Assembly (NCBI GenBank): GCA_016699205.1
Contig: CP064964.1
Coordinates: 870,001-902,000 of the forward strand
Direction of reading: 5' to 3'
Source: Candidatus Saccharimonadota bacterium
Lineage (GTDB): Bacteria; Patescibacteriota; Patescibacteriia; 2-12-FULL-60-25
Length of the DNA stretch: 32,000 nucleotides
The notes beneath the pieces are model-generated. The model was not told the origin of the DNA and made no database searches. It was given only the letters and a program-made list of their open reading frames with translations. The position numbers were made by a program, and so were the translations under genes. The number at the start of each line of letters is the position of its first letter. The first letter of the stretch is position 1. Positions 14,456 to 24,071 of the stretch are shown piece after piece.

Positions 14456-15619
14456 TTACTTTTTAATCGCTTTTAGACGCAGCGTGAGATAGGAGTACAG
14501 ACCGCCCAATGCGAGCAGGAATACAACGCTTCCAATAAGCCAACCAATGAAAGGAATGACAGACAAGATTTCTAAAGCGATGACGCCGAGTGTTACAGGC
14601 TTCCAGTCGATAGCAACTTCTTTTTTAGAAGACAAGCGCATAATCCAAACACCAAATACGATGCCGGCGAGAACTTTTGCGAGAGCGATCGATAGGAAGT
14701 AAACCGGAGCGACAACCATCGCCACTCCCGATCCGATGATAGAGGCGAGTAAGATGATGAATAGCAACGGAACGAGGAAGAACCAAGCGGTTCCACGGGT
14801 CAGCTTCACTATTGGGTCGGAAAGCGACTCGTCCACCAGTCGCGAGACAAGGGGCTGCATGAAGGTTACTGCAAGCAGGGCGACGACAATCAGTGAGATC
14901 AGTTGAATGATGAAGAAGATTCCAAAGATTCCGGCAAAAATACCGGCGACCGTTGAGCTGTCGATGTTTTTGGATTGCTCACGCGGATCTTCTATTTTTG
15001 TGAAATCGATTTTTCCAACGCGCGCACCTTCTGCAACGACGGCTTCAACCATGCCTTGATGTTTGATTGGTTGGAGTACGGTTGCCGTTGGTCCGAAGTT
15101 TAGGTTGGTGCCCGAGTAAATCTCTACCTCGCCTTCCAGAGATCCGTTGATCGTTATGGAGTCGGCGCTGATGAGTGATTTTCCTTTGACGGTGCCGTCG
15201 ATCACGATCGATCCGCCGGCCAACGCAATATCGCCGCTGATGATGGCGTCTTTCAAGATGTAGAGCGTGCCACCGGCAAAGAGAATGTCGCCTTTTACGT
15301 TTTTGCCGATAACAGCGCTACCAGCTCCCATTCGCACGTCATCGCCAACTTCTCCTAGCAAGGAGACGTTGCCACCGCCGATGTTTGCATCATTGGAGAT
15401 ATTTCCATTGATCGTGACATTACCGCCTCCACCGAGGAGATCGCCAATAATGTTTCCATTAATGATGACGGTTCCACCGCCAACATAGAGGTCATCGCTA
15501 ATAGCTTCTGAGGCGGGGAGAATGAACTGATCGCCTCCGCGTACGGTCATGGCCTGAGCGTGCGAAAATGGGGAGAGAAGCGAGCACAAAAGCAGTGTTG
15601 CAAACAGGGATTTTTTCAT
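14456..15619 (-). CDS. secreted beta-helix (bactofilin/polymer-forming-like repeats) protein with C-terminal multi-TM anchor
   Basis: Signal peptide MKKSLFATLLLCSLLSPFSHAQA. Gly-rich repeats follow (GGGNVTINGNISNDANIGGGNVSLLGEVGDDVRMGAGS...). The C-terminal ~170 aa contain several hydrophobic helices. Confidence 0.7.
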   Translation of the reverse strand: MKKSLFATLLLCSLLSPFSHAQAMTVRGGDQFILPASEAISDDLYVGGGTVIINGNIIGDLLGGGGNVTINGNISNDANIGGGNVSLLGEVGDDVRMGAGSAVIGKNVKGDILFAGGTLYILKDAIISGDIALAGGSIVIDGTVKGKSLISADSITINGSLEGEVEIYSGTNLNFGPTATVLQPIKHQGMVEAVVAEGARVGKIDFTKIEDPREQSKNIDSSTVAGIFAGIFGIFFIIQLISLIVVALLAVTFMQPLVSRLVDESLSDPIVKLTRGTAWFFLVPLLFIILLASIIGSGVAMVVAPVYFLSIALAKVLAGIVFGVWIMRLSSKKEVAIDWKPVTLGVIALEILSVIPFIGWLIGSVVFLLALGGLYSYLTLRLKAIKK

Positions 15620-15629
15620 AATTTATTTT

Positions 15630-15638
15630 AGTATAGCA
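15630..15638 (-). promoter_or_regulatory. extended -10 promoter (TGCTATACT), 10 nt from the ATG
   Basis: The minus strand reads tttTGCTATACTaaaataaattATG, immediately after the rplK terminator hairpin. Confidence 0.45.
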
Positions 15639-15641
15639 AAA

Positions 15642-15659
15642 TCCCCGCCGGAGCGGGGA
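15642..15659 (-). terminator. stem-loop after rplK
   Basis: tccccgc / gcgggga is a 7-bp stem with a 4-nt loop, followed on the minus strand by uuuugc. Confidence 0.5.
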
Positions 15660-15673
15660 CTTGCTTGTCGATA

Positions 15674-16099
15674 TTACTCGATGACCGTGATGCCCATGTT
15701 ACGTGCTGTGCCTTCGATCTGCTTCATGGCAGCTTCGATGGTGGAGCAGTTCAAGTCTGGCATTTTTGCTTCCGCGATTTCGCGGACCTGAGCTTTGGTG
15801 ACCTTGCCGACCTTATCGATGTGCGGTTTGGCCGAGCCCTTCTCGATCTTGGCGGCTTTCATGAGGAAAGCGGAGACCGGAGCGGTTTTGAGGATGAAGT
15901 CGTAGGTACGATCTTCATACAAGCTGATGACGGCCGGAACAACGTCGCCGAGACGATCCTGGGTCGCATCGTTGATGCGCTTGCAGAATTCGGCGATGTT
16001 CATACCGTGCTGACCGAGGGCAGGACCGAGCGGAGGAGCCGGAGTGGCGCGGCCGCCGATGACCTGAACCTTGATCAGGGTTTTGATTTTCTTAGCCAT
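15674..16099 (-). CDS. rplK: 50S ribosomal protein L11
   Basis: [40 protein letters not shown] is canonical L11. Confidence 0.95.
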   Translation of the reverse strand: MAKKIKTLIKVQVIGGRATPAPPLGPALGQHGMNIAEFCKRINDATQDRLGDVVPAVISLYEDRTYDFILKTAPVSAFLMKAAKIEKGSAKPHIDKVGKVTKAQVREIAEAKMPDLNCSTIEAAMKQIEGTARNMGITVIE

Positions 16100-16155
16100 A
16101 AATGTGGTTATGTGAGTGGCGGGGAAGCATCCGCCGACCGCGTAACAGTGGCCTG

Positions 16156-16164
16156 TTTATAGCA
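16156..16164 (-). promoter_or_regulatory. extended -10 promoter (TGCTATAAA) for rplK, with a leader of roughly 50 nt
   Basis: The minus strand reads ggttttTGCTATAAAcagg, directly after the nusG terminator hairpin. Confidence 0.4.
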
Positions 16165-16165
16165 A

Positions 16166-16189
16166 AACCCTTGCCGTTTGGCAAGGGTT
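16166..16189 (-). terminator. stem-loop after nusG
   Basis: aacccttgcc / ggcaagggtt is a 10-bp stem with a 4-nt loop, followed by a U-run on the minus strand. Confidence 0.6.
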
Positions 16190-16196
16190 ATGCGGT

Positions 16197-16748
16197 TTAG
16201 ATCTTTTTGACTTGTGTGAAGTCGAGTTCCAGCGGGGTTTCGCGTCCAAACATCGAGACGAGAACTTTGACCTTACCGCGGGCGCCATCGATTTCATTGA
16301 CCTTGCCTTCAAAGCCTTTGAACGGACCATCGCCGATTTTGACAGCCATTCCGACCTGGAGGTCGATCGTAATTTCCGGTTCGCTCTGGGTTGAGCCGGC
16401 ACGTTTCAGAATGTTGTCGACTTCTGATTGGGAAAGCGGGGAAGGGGTTGTGCCTGTACCGATGAAACCCGTGACGTTTGGGGTGTTTCGTACGACATAC
16501 CAGGAGTCGTCCGTTACGTTCATGTCGACGAGGACATATCCCGGATAGATTTTTTCTTCTACGACGCGTCGTTTGCCGTTTTTGATCTTGATCTTCTTTT
16601 CCTTTGGGACGAGGACATTGAAGATGTGATCCTTCATGTTGAGCGCCTCGATACGCTGGTTCAAGCTGTCGGCGACGTTTTCCTCGTATCCGCTATACGT
16701 GTGGATCGCGTACCAGCGACGGCCGTATTCCGCGGTTTGCTTAGGCAT
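16197..16748 (-). CDS. nusG: transcription termination/antitermination factor NusG
   Basis: WYAIHTYSGYEENV (NGN domain) and the C-terminal KOW GDGPFKGFEGKVNEID. True start is taken at ATG 16748; the track ORF extends upstream into secE. Confidence 0.9.
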   Translation of the reverse strand: MPKQTAEYGRRWYAIHTYSGYEENVADSLNQRIEALNMKDHIFNVLVPKEKKIKIKNGKRRVVEEKIYPGYVLVDMNVTDDSWYVVRNTPNVTGFIGTGTTPSPLSQSEVDNILKRAGSTQSEPEITIDLQVGMAVKIGDGPFKGFEGKVNEIDGARGKVKVLVSMFGRETPLELDFTQVKKI

Positions 16749-16770
16749 ACGTGTGTTTTTTTTAATTTTT

Positions 16771-17082
16771 TTATTGCGGAGTGATTTGAACGTCGACCGG
16801 ATTGCCATTGGCATCAACAGCTTCAATTCCGGACTGAAGGTCTGGGACGATCGGTACGGTGGCTGGAGCCTGGGTCGTGCCTTGGCGGTTTTCCAGCAAG
16901 GCGGTGACACCACGGCTCAGACCGATGTCGAGGGCGGCAAAAAAGGCAGCCAAGACGACACAGCTCACGATGACGAGAGCGCTGTAGCGGGCGACTTCTT
17001 CACGCGAAGGCCAGGTGACTTTTTCAAGTTCGGCTTTTGCGGAGCGGAGATAGTTGAACGCGTAGGAGATAGGGTTGGCCAT
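16771..17082 (-). CDS. secE: preprotein translocase subunit SecE with a ~40-aa C-terminal extension
   Basis: AKAELEKVTWPSREEV followed by one TM (LVIVSCVVLAAFFAALDIGL). Position upstream of nusG. Start is taken at ATG 17082. Confidence 0.8.
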   Translation of the reverse strand: MANPISYAFNYLRSAKAELEKVTWPSREEVARYSALVIVSCVVLAAFFAALDIGLSRGVTALLENRQGTTQAPATVPIVPDLQSGIEAVDANGNPVDVQITPQ

Positions 17083-17154
17083 AAATGCTTTTTTAAAAGG
17101 CCCTCGAGGGGCCAATGACTGCAGATTAGCAGGTTCCGGGCCGTCTGGCAAGGG

Positions 17155-17182
17155 TTGACAAATTCGTAAAAGACCGTAGTAT
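17155..17182 (+). promoter_or_regulatory. candidate promoter TTGACA-16-TAGTAT
   Basis: Perfect -35 at 17155-17160 and a -10-like tagtat at 17177-17182, upstream of ORF 17240. Confidence 0.4.
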
Positions 17183-17239
17183 CGCGAGCAGACGCTTGTT
17201 AGGCGTTTGTACCTTCGCAAGAGTCATGGAGGCTGCCGT

Positions 17240-17761
17240 ATGTCGGCTGTCGATATGTATGAGGGCGTGCGACCGATTGCTAGGTGGGATCGGGAGCCAA
17301 GCGAGTTTTGGGAAGCGTTGACGCGCATCGTGGCGGAGCTGCGGTACAATCCGCGGTCGCAGGCGTGCCGACTACCCAAGCCCAATGGTCCCGTGCGGCG
17401 CGCGGTGACAGAGTCGGGTTTTTCCGGCGCGACCAAAGAGCGGTTGTGCCAGCTCGTGTCCCAGCTCCCTTGGCTGCTGCCAACGCTCGAACGCTCCCGT
17501 GACGAGAGCCTGGACAGGATCAATCACTATCGGAGTATTTTCCGAGACGCGTGCGATCTGATCGATCTCAAGCAGTTCTCTGTCGACAAAAGTGCTGATC
17601 TGGAGACGCGTATCCAGCAGATCGATGCACTCTCTCGAGCGATGCTTCTCAAGAGCGAGCTATTGCTCATCATCGCGCAGTTCGACTTCTTGCGCGAAGA
17701 CGCTCTCGCGCGGGAGCACGCTGCTCGGAGCCATCCATCCAATTTCAAAGCTGTCGCCTGA
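17240..17761 (+). CDS. hypothetical protein (ORFan), G+C-rich
   Basis: GGAGG (17228-17232) lies 7 nt before ATG 17240, and a terminator follows. Hand count gives 60 G+C in 17240-17339. No motif recognised. Confidence 0.55.
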   Translation: MSAVDMYEGVRPIARWDREPSEFWEALTRIVAELRYNPRSQACRLPKPNGPVRRAVTESGFSGATKERLCQLVSQLPWLLPTLERSRDESLDRINHYRSIFRDACDLIDLKQFSVDKSADLETRIQQIDALSRAMLLKSELLLIIAQFDFLREDALAREHAARSHPSNFKAVA

Positions 17762-17767
17762 CGAGAA

Positions 17768-17796
17768 CGCCCCACTGCTACACAAGCGGTGGGGCG
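17768..17796. terminator. stem-loop between the ORFan and tRNA-Pro
   Basis: cgccccactgc / gcggtggggcg is an 11-bp stem (one G-U pair) with a 7-nt loop, followed by atttgattttc. Confidence 0.6.
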
Positions 17797-17819
17797 ATTT
17801 GATTTTCTCAAGCGTCTTG

Positions 17820-17892
17820 TCGGGCTAGTGGGATTTGAACCCACGACCTCTTGCACCCCATGCAAGCGCGCTACCAACTGCGCTATAGCCCG
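17820..17892 (-). tRNA. tRNA-Pro (anticodon GGG), CCA not encoded
   Basis: The minus strand folds as CGGGCTA-TA-GCGC-AGTTGGTA-GCGC-G-CTTGC-ATGGGGT-GCAAG-AGGTC-GTGGG-TTCAAAT-CCCAC-TAGCCCG-A. This is a full cloverleaf with U33, G37 and discriminator A. Confidence 0.9.
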
Positions 17893-17919
17893 GCATGAAG
17901 CTCGAGAAAATGCGGGGAG

Positions 17920-17948
17920 AGCATACGTGCGAGCTTGGCATTTTTCAA
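17920..17948 (-). promoter_or_regulatory. candidate promoter for tRNA-Pro (TTGAAA-17-TATGCT)
   Basis: Read on the minus strand. The -10 ends 27 nt upstream of the tRNA 5' end. Confidence 0.35.
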
Positions 17949-17988
17949 GGGGTTTGAGGGGTACCCCTTGACGGATAGCCTGCTTTTC

Positions 17989-18017
17989 TTGCGTTCTCGT
18001 TGAGGTCGGTTCATAAT
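17989..18017 (+). promoter_or_regulatory. candidate promoter for hup (TTGCGT-17-CATAAT)
   Basis: Spacing and -10 are reasonable. About 55 nt upstream of ATG 18073. Confidence 0.3.
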
Positions 18018-18072
18018 TCCCTTGCAAACCCGAACTTTTATTCATCACGGGTTCAAAACTTTTTAGACTACT

Positions 18073-18354
18073 ATGGCCAAGATGACCAAATCCCAGCTCA
18101 TGAGCGAGCTCGCCGCTAAGACCAACCTCAGCAAGAAGGACGCGACGATGTTTGTCGAAACGCTTGTGAACATGGCCCTCAAGCATGTGAAGACGAATGG
18201 TGAATTTGTCATTCCGGGTTTGGGTAAACTCGTGAAGGTCAAGCGCGCTGCACGCATGGGCCGCAACCCGGCCACGGGCGCTGAAATCAAGATCGCTGCC
18301 AAGACGGTCGTGAAGTTCCGCGTCGCCAAGGCAGCTAAGGACGCCGTTCTCTAG
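18073..18354 (+). CDS. hup: HU/IHF-family DNA-binding protein
   Basis: MTKSQLMSELAAKTNLSKKDA...GEFVIPGLGKLVKVKRAARMGRNPATGAEIKIAAKTVVKFRVAK is the canonical HU fold sequence. Confidence 0.9.
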   Translation: MAKMTKSQLMSELAAKTNLSKKDATMFVETLVNMALKHVKTNGEFVIPGLGKLVKVKRAARMGRNPATGAEIKIAAKTVVKFRVAKAAKDAVL

Positions 18355-18387
18355 TTCACGCGACTCGCGTCACGCTACACGCGACAT

Positions 18388-18412
18388 AAAAAGAGCCCGA
18401 TCGGGCTCTTTT
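18388..18412 (+). terminator. intrinsic terminator after hup
   Basis: aaaagagcccga / tcgggctctttt is a palindrome followed by a T-run. Confidence 0.7.
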
Positions 18413-18413
18413 G

Positions 18414-18422
18414 TGTTACGAT
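18414..18422 (+). promoter_or_regulatory. extended -10 (TGTTACGAT), 6 nt from ATG 18429
   Basis: It immediately follows the hup terminator T-tract, the same terminator-promoter layout seen at 15630 and 16156. Confidence 0.35.
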
Positions 18423-18428
18423 TTCTGC

Positions 18429-18887
18429 ATGAAGCCGATCATGATTCGCGCCACACCGATTTCACTTGGCGGTTCCGTGCTGCTTGGATTATTGGTGTTT
18501 GTCGGCTTGCTGCTTTGGATCGCTTTTCAGCCTCATGAACCCTCGACGGCATTGCGCATTATGCTTTCTATCGTTTGGATCGGGCTGCTGGCTTATCTTG
18601 TCGATGCCTGGAGCGAGAAAATTGTATACGAGGATGGAGTGATTACTTTTGATTCGCTTTTCAAACGGCGCGTGAATATCGTTTTGAATGATACGAATGA
18701 TATTTTGGTCGTGCATGAAGGGTTGAATCAGGAACGCGGGATTATTTCTGCCAGATTCCGCGAGCGCGATGGAAGTCTTATTGACTGGCCGCTTGGGCCG
18801 CTTTGGAATCGGCATGATCTCGAACCGTTTTTTTCTTCACTTGAACAGCAGGCCGGAAAGAAAAAGTTGTTTCAACATGTCCGCTGA
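18429..18887 (+). CDS. two-TM membrane protein with a cytoplasmic domain, unknown function
   Basis: Two hydrophobic helices (SVLLGLLVFVGLLLWIAF, MLSIVWIGLLAYLV) followed by a ~90-aa soluble domain. Start is taken at ATG 18429. Confidence 0.55.
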   Translation: MKPIMIRATPISLGGSVLLGLLVFVGLLLWIAFQPHEPSTALRIMLSIVWIGLLAYLVDAWSEKIVYEDGVITFDSLFKRRVNIVLNDTNDILVVHEGLNQERGIISARFRERDGSLIDWPLGPLWNRHDLEPFFSSLEQQAGKKKLFQHVR

Positions 18888-18892
18888 CGATC

Positions 18893-18901
18893 TGCTACAA
18901 T
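18893..18901 (+). promoter_or_regulatory. extended -10 (TGCTACAAT), 6 nt from ATG 18908
   Basis: tgctacaat-cgatcc-ATG, which implies a leaderless transcript for the LOG-family gene. Confidence 0.45.
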
Positions 18902-18907
18902 CGATCC

Positions 18908-19735
18908 ATGCCAAAATCAAAAGCGGTCAAAAAAAAGAAAGCGGGCAAGTCCAAGTCGGCATCTGCGTCCAAGACGCAGTTTTTTCCGCAGCCGAGCTGG
19001 ACGGGGCCGCATCCGGGAGCCGGAACTCCGGCAACGCATCGCTTTAAGCACTGGGTGTGCAGCGATAACAACACTTGCGTTCCTTGGGAGGCGGAGAATT
19101 TTACCGACAATATCAATTGGCGAATCTTCCGTATCATGGCGGAGTTCGTGGAAGGATTTGAGTTTCTTTCCAGTTTGCATCGCGAGGTGACGTTTTTTGG
19201 ATCGGCGCGAGCTTTGCCTGATCATCCGTATTATAAATTTGCGCGCGAGCTCGGAAGTCGTTTGGCAAAAGAAGGCTTCACGATTATTACGGGAGGCGGG
19301 CCGGGTATTATGGAGGCCGGAAATCGGGGTGCGTTTGAGGCGGGCGGGGAGTCTGTCGGGCTCGATATTGTTCTGCCGATGGAACAGCGCCGCAACCAAT
19401 ATGTGAAAAAGTCCAAAGGTTTCCATTATTTTTTCACGCGCAAGGTCATGCTATCTGCCTCGGCTCAAGCGTATGTGTTTTTTCCGGGAGGATTTGGAAC
19501 GCTTGATGAGCTGTTTGAAGTTGTTACCTTGATCCAGACCGGCAAGATGTCGGATTTGGTTCCGGTGATTTTAGTCGGAAAAGATTATTGGACCGGAATG
19601 CTCGAGTGGATCAAGAAAACGATGCTTGAGAAAAACCGATTTATTGAGCCATTTGAGATGGATATTATGCATCTGGTCGATACGGTTGATGACGCGGTGA
19701 AGCTGATTAGTAAAACTCCTGAGCGTTTGCTCTAA
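18908..19735 (+). CDS. LOG-family (TIGR00730) nucleotide phosphoribohydrolase with a basic N-terminal extension
   Basis: GGGPGIMEAGNRGA and PGGFGTLDELFE motifs. The first ~25 aa are Lys-rich (PKSKAVKKKKAGKSKSASASK). Confidence 0.85.
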   Translation: MPKSKAVKKKKAGKSKSASASKTQFFPQPSWTGPHPGAGTPATHRFKHWVCSDNNTCVPWEAENFTDNINWRIFRIMAEFVEGFEFLSSLHREVTFFGSARALPDHPYYKFARELGSRLAKEGFTIITGGGPGIMEAGNRGAFEAGGESVGLDIVLPMEQRRNQYVKKSKGFHYFFTRKVMLSASAQAYVFFPGGFGTLDELFEVVTLIQTGKMSDLVPVILVGKDYWTGMLEWIKKTMLEKNRFIEPFEMDIMHLVDTVDDAVKLISKTPERLL

Positions 19736-19770
19736 ATAAAAAACCTCCGCTCGATGCGGAGGTTTTTTTT
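19736..19770. terminator. bidirectional intrinsic terminator
   Basis: An A-run, cctccgc / gcggagg, then a T-run, between the convergent LOG gene and rpmB. Confidence 0.75.
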
Positions 19771-19775
19771 ATTGC

Positions 19776-20024
19776 TTACTTTTTGGCGGCAAAGGCAGCC
19801 TTTTTGGCGGCCTTCTTTTGCTTTCGGGTCGGGATCTCGCCGTGAGCGATGGCGGCTGCACGCTTCAATGAGCGGACCGTGCGCGTGGAAACGCGAATAC
19901 GCTTACCATCGACGCGGATGGTCTGGAGATTCACGTTCTGTTTGCGCTTGGTCGCAATATTGGAGTGGCTGCGCGAGTTGACGACTTTGGCGCGCTTGCC
20001 GGAGAGTTGGTCGATGCGGGACAT
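19776..20024 (-). CDS. rpmB: 50S ribosomal protein L28 with a Lys/Ala-rich C-terminal tail
   Basis: MSRIDQLSGKRAKVVNSRSHSNIATKRKQNVNLQ is canonical L28. The tail is RKQKKAAKKAAFAAKK. Confidence 0.9.
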   Translation of the reverse strand: MSRIDQLSGKRAKVVNSRSHSNIATKRKQNVNLQTIRVDGKRIRVSTRTVRSLKRAAAIAHGEIPTRKQKKAAKKAAFAAKK

Positions 20025-20079
20025 AGGAATGGCCGAAAGATTAGCCGAGTCCCGGGGTTTTGTAAAGAGGGGAGGAGCA

Positions 20080-20088
20080 TGCCATTAT
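20080..20088 (+). promoter_or_regulatory. extended -10 (TGCCATTAT), 7 nt from ATG 20096; overlaps a minus-strand TATAAT (20084-20089) that could serve rpmB
   Basis: gcaTGCCATTATatgggacATG. The reverse complement of 20084-20089 is tataat. Confidence 0.35.
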
Positions 20089-20095
20089 ATGGGAC

Positions 20096-20731
20096 ATGAA
20101 TCTGCTGTCTTTGCTCTTTCAGGAGCCGCTGGTTTTCCTTGTAATCGTGGGTGCTCTGGTTTTTACCTTGTCTATCCATGAATTTTTCCATGCTTGGGTG
20201 GGGAAGCTGCTCGGAGACCGCACAGCTGAGCGTGAAGGCCGATTGACCCTCAACCCATTGGCTCATCTGGATCCGTTTGGTTTTTTGATGATCCTGATTG
20301 CCGGTTTTGGTTATGCTAAGCCGGTTCCTTATAATCCCTACAACCTCAAGTATCCGGTATGGGGCCCAGCGATTATCGCGGCAGCGGGACCGGGTTCTAA
20401 CCTGATTTTTGGGTTTTTATTTGCGTTTTTGTACGGAATTGCCGCTCCGGCTCTGGGTGGAAACAACTTACTGGTCGCCGCGCTTTGGTTCTTGGGCCGC
20501 ATCAATTTTGCCTTGATGCTCTTTAATTTGATCCCTTTGCCGCCGTTGGATGGTTCAAAAGCGCTACTTTCTGCCTTGGCTGGCCCTAAATATCAGGGCG
20601 CACGGGTTTGGCTTGAGACGCAGGGGCCGTTTTTGCTTTTGGCACTCATCGTTCTTGATGCGGTGCTAGGATTAGGTATTTTTTCTTGGATTTCCGTTTT
20701 GTCTGACTGGCTTTTTCGGCTTGTTTCCTGA
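20096..20731 (+). CDS. site-2 protease family (M50) membrane metalloprotease
   Basis: HEFFHA (HExxH) in a TM segment and the NLIPLPPLDGSK motif. Confidence 0.85.
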   Translation: MNLLSLLFQEPLVFLVIVGALVFTLSIHEFFHAWVGKLLGDRTAEREGRLTLNPLAHLDPFGFLMILIAGFGYAKPVPYNPYNLKYPVWGPAIIAAAGPGSNLIFGFLFAFLYGIAAPALGGNNLLVAALWFLGRINFALMLFNLIPLPPLDGSKALLSALAGPKYQGARVWLETQGPFLLLALIVLDAVLGLGIFSWISVLSDWLFRLVS

Positions 20732-20736
20732 AACGC

Positions 20737-20766
20737 TTGACGGATTGGGCTAAACGCTGATAGATT
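20737..20766 (+). promoter_or_regulatory. candidate str-operon promoter TTGACG-18-(TGA)TAGATT, 10 nt from the rpsL ATG
   Basis: Good -35 and a TGn-extended -10. The very short spacer to ATG 20777 implies a near-leaderless rpsL. Confidence 0.45.
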
Positions 20767-20776
20767 TGCGCCCATC

Positions 20777-21205
20777 ATGCCAACTATCAACCAGCTCATC
20801 CGAGGTCCTCGTAAGGCCACTCGGGTCAAGTCCAAGAGCCCTGCTTTGCAGTATGCTACGGACACCTTGCATCGCAAGCGCACCATGTTGCGCCGCGGCG
20901 CCGCTTTCAAGCGCGGCGTATGCGTCAAGGTAACAACGATGACGCCTAAAAAGCCGAACTCGGCCATTCGTAAGATTGCCCGTGTGCGTCTTTCCAACGG
21001 AACGGAAGTCACCGCTTACATTCCGGGTGAAGGTCATAACCTTCAGGAACACTCGATCGTCATGATTCGTGGCGGACGCGTGAAGGACCTTCCGGGTGTG
21101 CGCTATCACATCGTTCGCGGTGTGTACGATACACAGGGCGTTCAGGGTCGCCGCCGCAGCCGTTCCCTCTATGGAGCCCGCCGTCCTAAGGAAGAAAAGA
21201 AGTAA
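20777..21205 (+). CDS. rpsL: 30S ribosomal protein S12
   Basis: [13 protein letters not shown]...[19 protein letters not shown] is canonical S12. Confidence 0.97.
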   Translation: MPTINQLIRGPRKATRVKSKSPALQYATDTLHRKRTMLRRGAAFKRGVCVKVTTMTPKKPNSAIRKIARVRLSNGTEVTAYIPGEGHNLQEHSIVMIRGGRVKDLPGVRYHIVRGVYDTQGVQGRRRSRSLYGARRPKEEKK

Positions 21206-21224
21206 CGATTGAACTGAATTATTT

Positions 21225-21692
21225 ATGCGAGGAAAACAAGCTCCGAAGCGCGCTGCGCCTATCGACCCAAAGTTTCAGAACCCATTGATCGGAAAACTGA
21301 TCAACTATTTGATGATCGGCGGTAAAAAGACCACGGCTCAGAAAATCGTCTACGAGGCTCTTGATCAGGTCGAGGCCAAGATGAAGAAGCCAGCCATGGA
21401 AATTTTTGACGAAGCCATGAAGAACATCTCGCCGCTTTTGGAAGTCAAAGCCAAGCGCGTCGGTGGTGCGAACTACCAGGTTCCGATGCAGGTGCGCGCC
21501 GAGCGCCGTGTGCAGCTTGCGTATCGCTGGTTGCTCACCGCGGCCCGTTCCCGCAAGGGCAAACCGATGGCCGAGAAGCTCGCTTTCGAAATCATGGAAG
21601 CCGCACAGAACCAAGGTGATGCCGTTAAGAAAAAGATGGACGTGCAACGCATGGCCGAGGCCAACCGCGCATTTGCCCACTTTGCGAAATAA
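21225..21692 (+). CDS. rpsG: 30S ribosomal protein S7
   Basis: GKKTTAQKIVYEAL...VGGANYQVPMQVR...RAFAHF is canonical S7. Confidence 0.97.
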   Translation: MRGKQAPKRAAPIDPKFQNPLIGKLINYLMIGGKKTTAQKIVYEALDQVEAKMKKPAMEIFDEAMKNISPLLEVKAKRVGGANYQVPMQVRAERRVQLAYRWLLTAARSRKGKPMAEKLAFEIMEAAQNQGDAVKKKMDVQRMAEANRAFAHFAK

Positions 21693-21699
21693 AAAATAT

Positions 21700-21726
21700 G
21701 AGACCGCAGACAAGGTCTGCGGTCTC
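21700..21726 (+). terminator. strong terminator-like hairpin between rpsG and fusA (possible attenuator)
   Basis: gagaccgcagac / gtctgcggtctc is a perfect 12-bp stem with a 3-nt loop, followed by tttc. It ends 13 nt before the fusA ATG. Confidence 0.5.
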
Positions 21727-21739
21727 TTTCTAACACTAT

Positions 21740-23824
<2,085 letters not shown>

Positions 23825-23831
23825 GAGATAC

Positions 23832-23863
23832 AAAACACCTCGCGAAAGCGAGGTGTTTTTTTT
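23832..23863 (+). terminator. intrinsic terminator after fusA
   Basis: acacctcgc / gcgaggtgt is a 9-bp stem with a GAAA loop, followed by eight T. Confidence 0.85.
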
Positions 23864-24071
23864 CGTCAAAACGGTGAAGTCGTAGTCAGGCTAACTGTTG
23901 AAAACTATTTCCTGTCGAACCTTCTGTTGTTTTTGTGCGTTTGTCCGGAAAGCATCTACCAGATGGACGTGACGCGTGTTTCAGCCGGTAAAAACCAATT
24001 GATATTTCGCGTAGCACTCGCTGTTACTATAGCATATTTTAATACTTTTGTCAATGAAATAGTTATTTATT

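Noticed and set aside
17083-17240. Partial tRNA-Pro duplication (att site) flanking the 17240-17761 ORFan
   Set aside because: No match to the tRNA 3' half (ggtcgtgggttcaaatcccactagcccg or its complement) is found on the far side of the ORFan.
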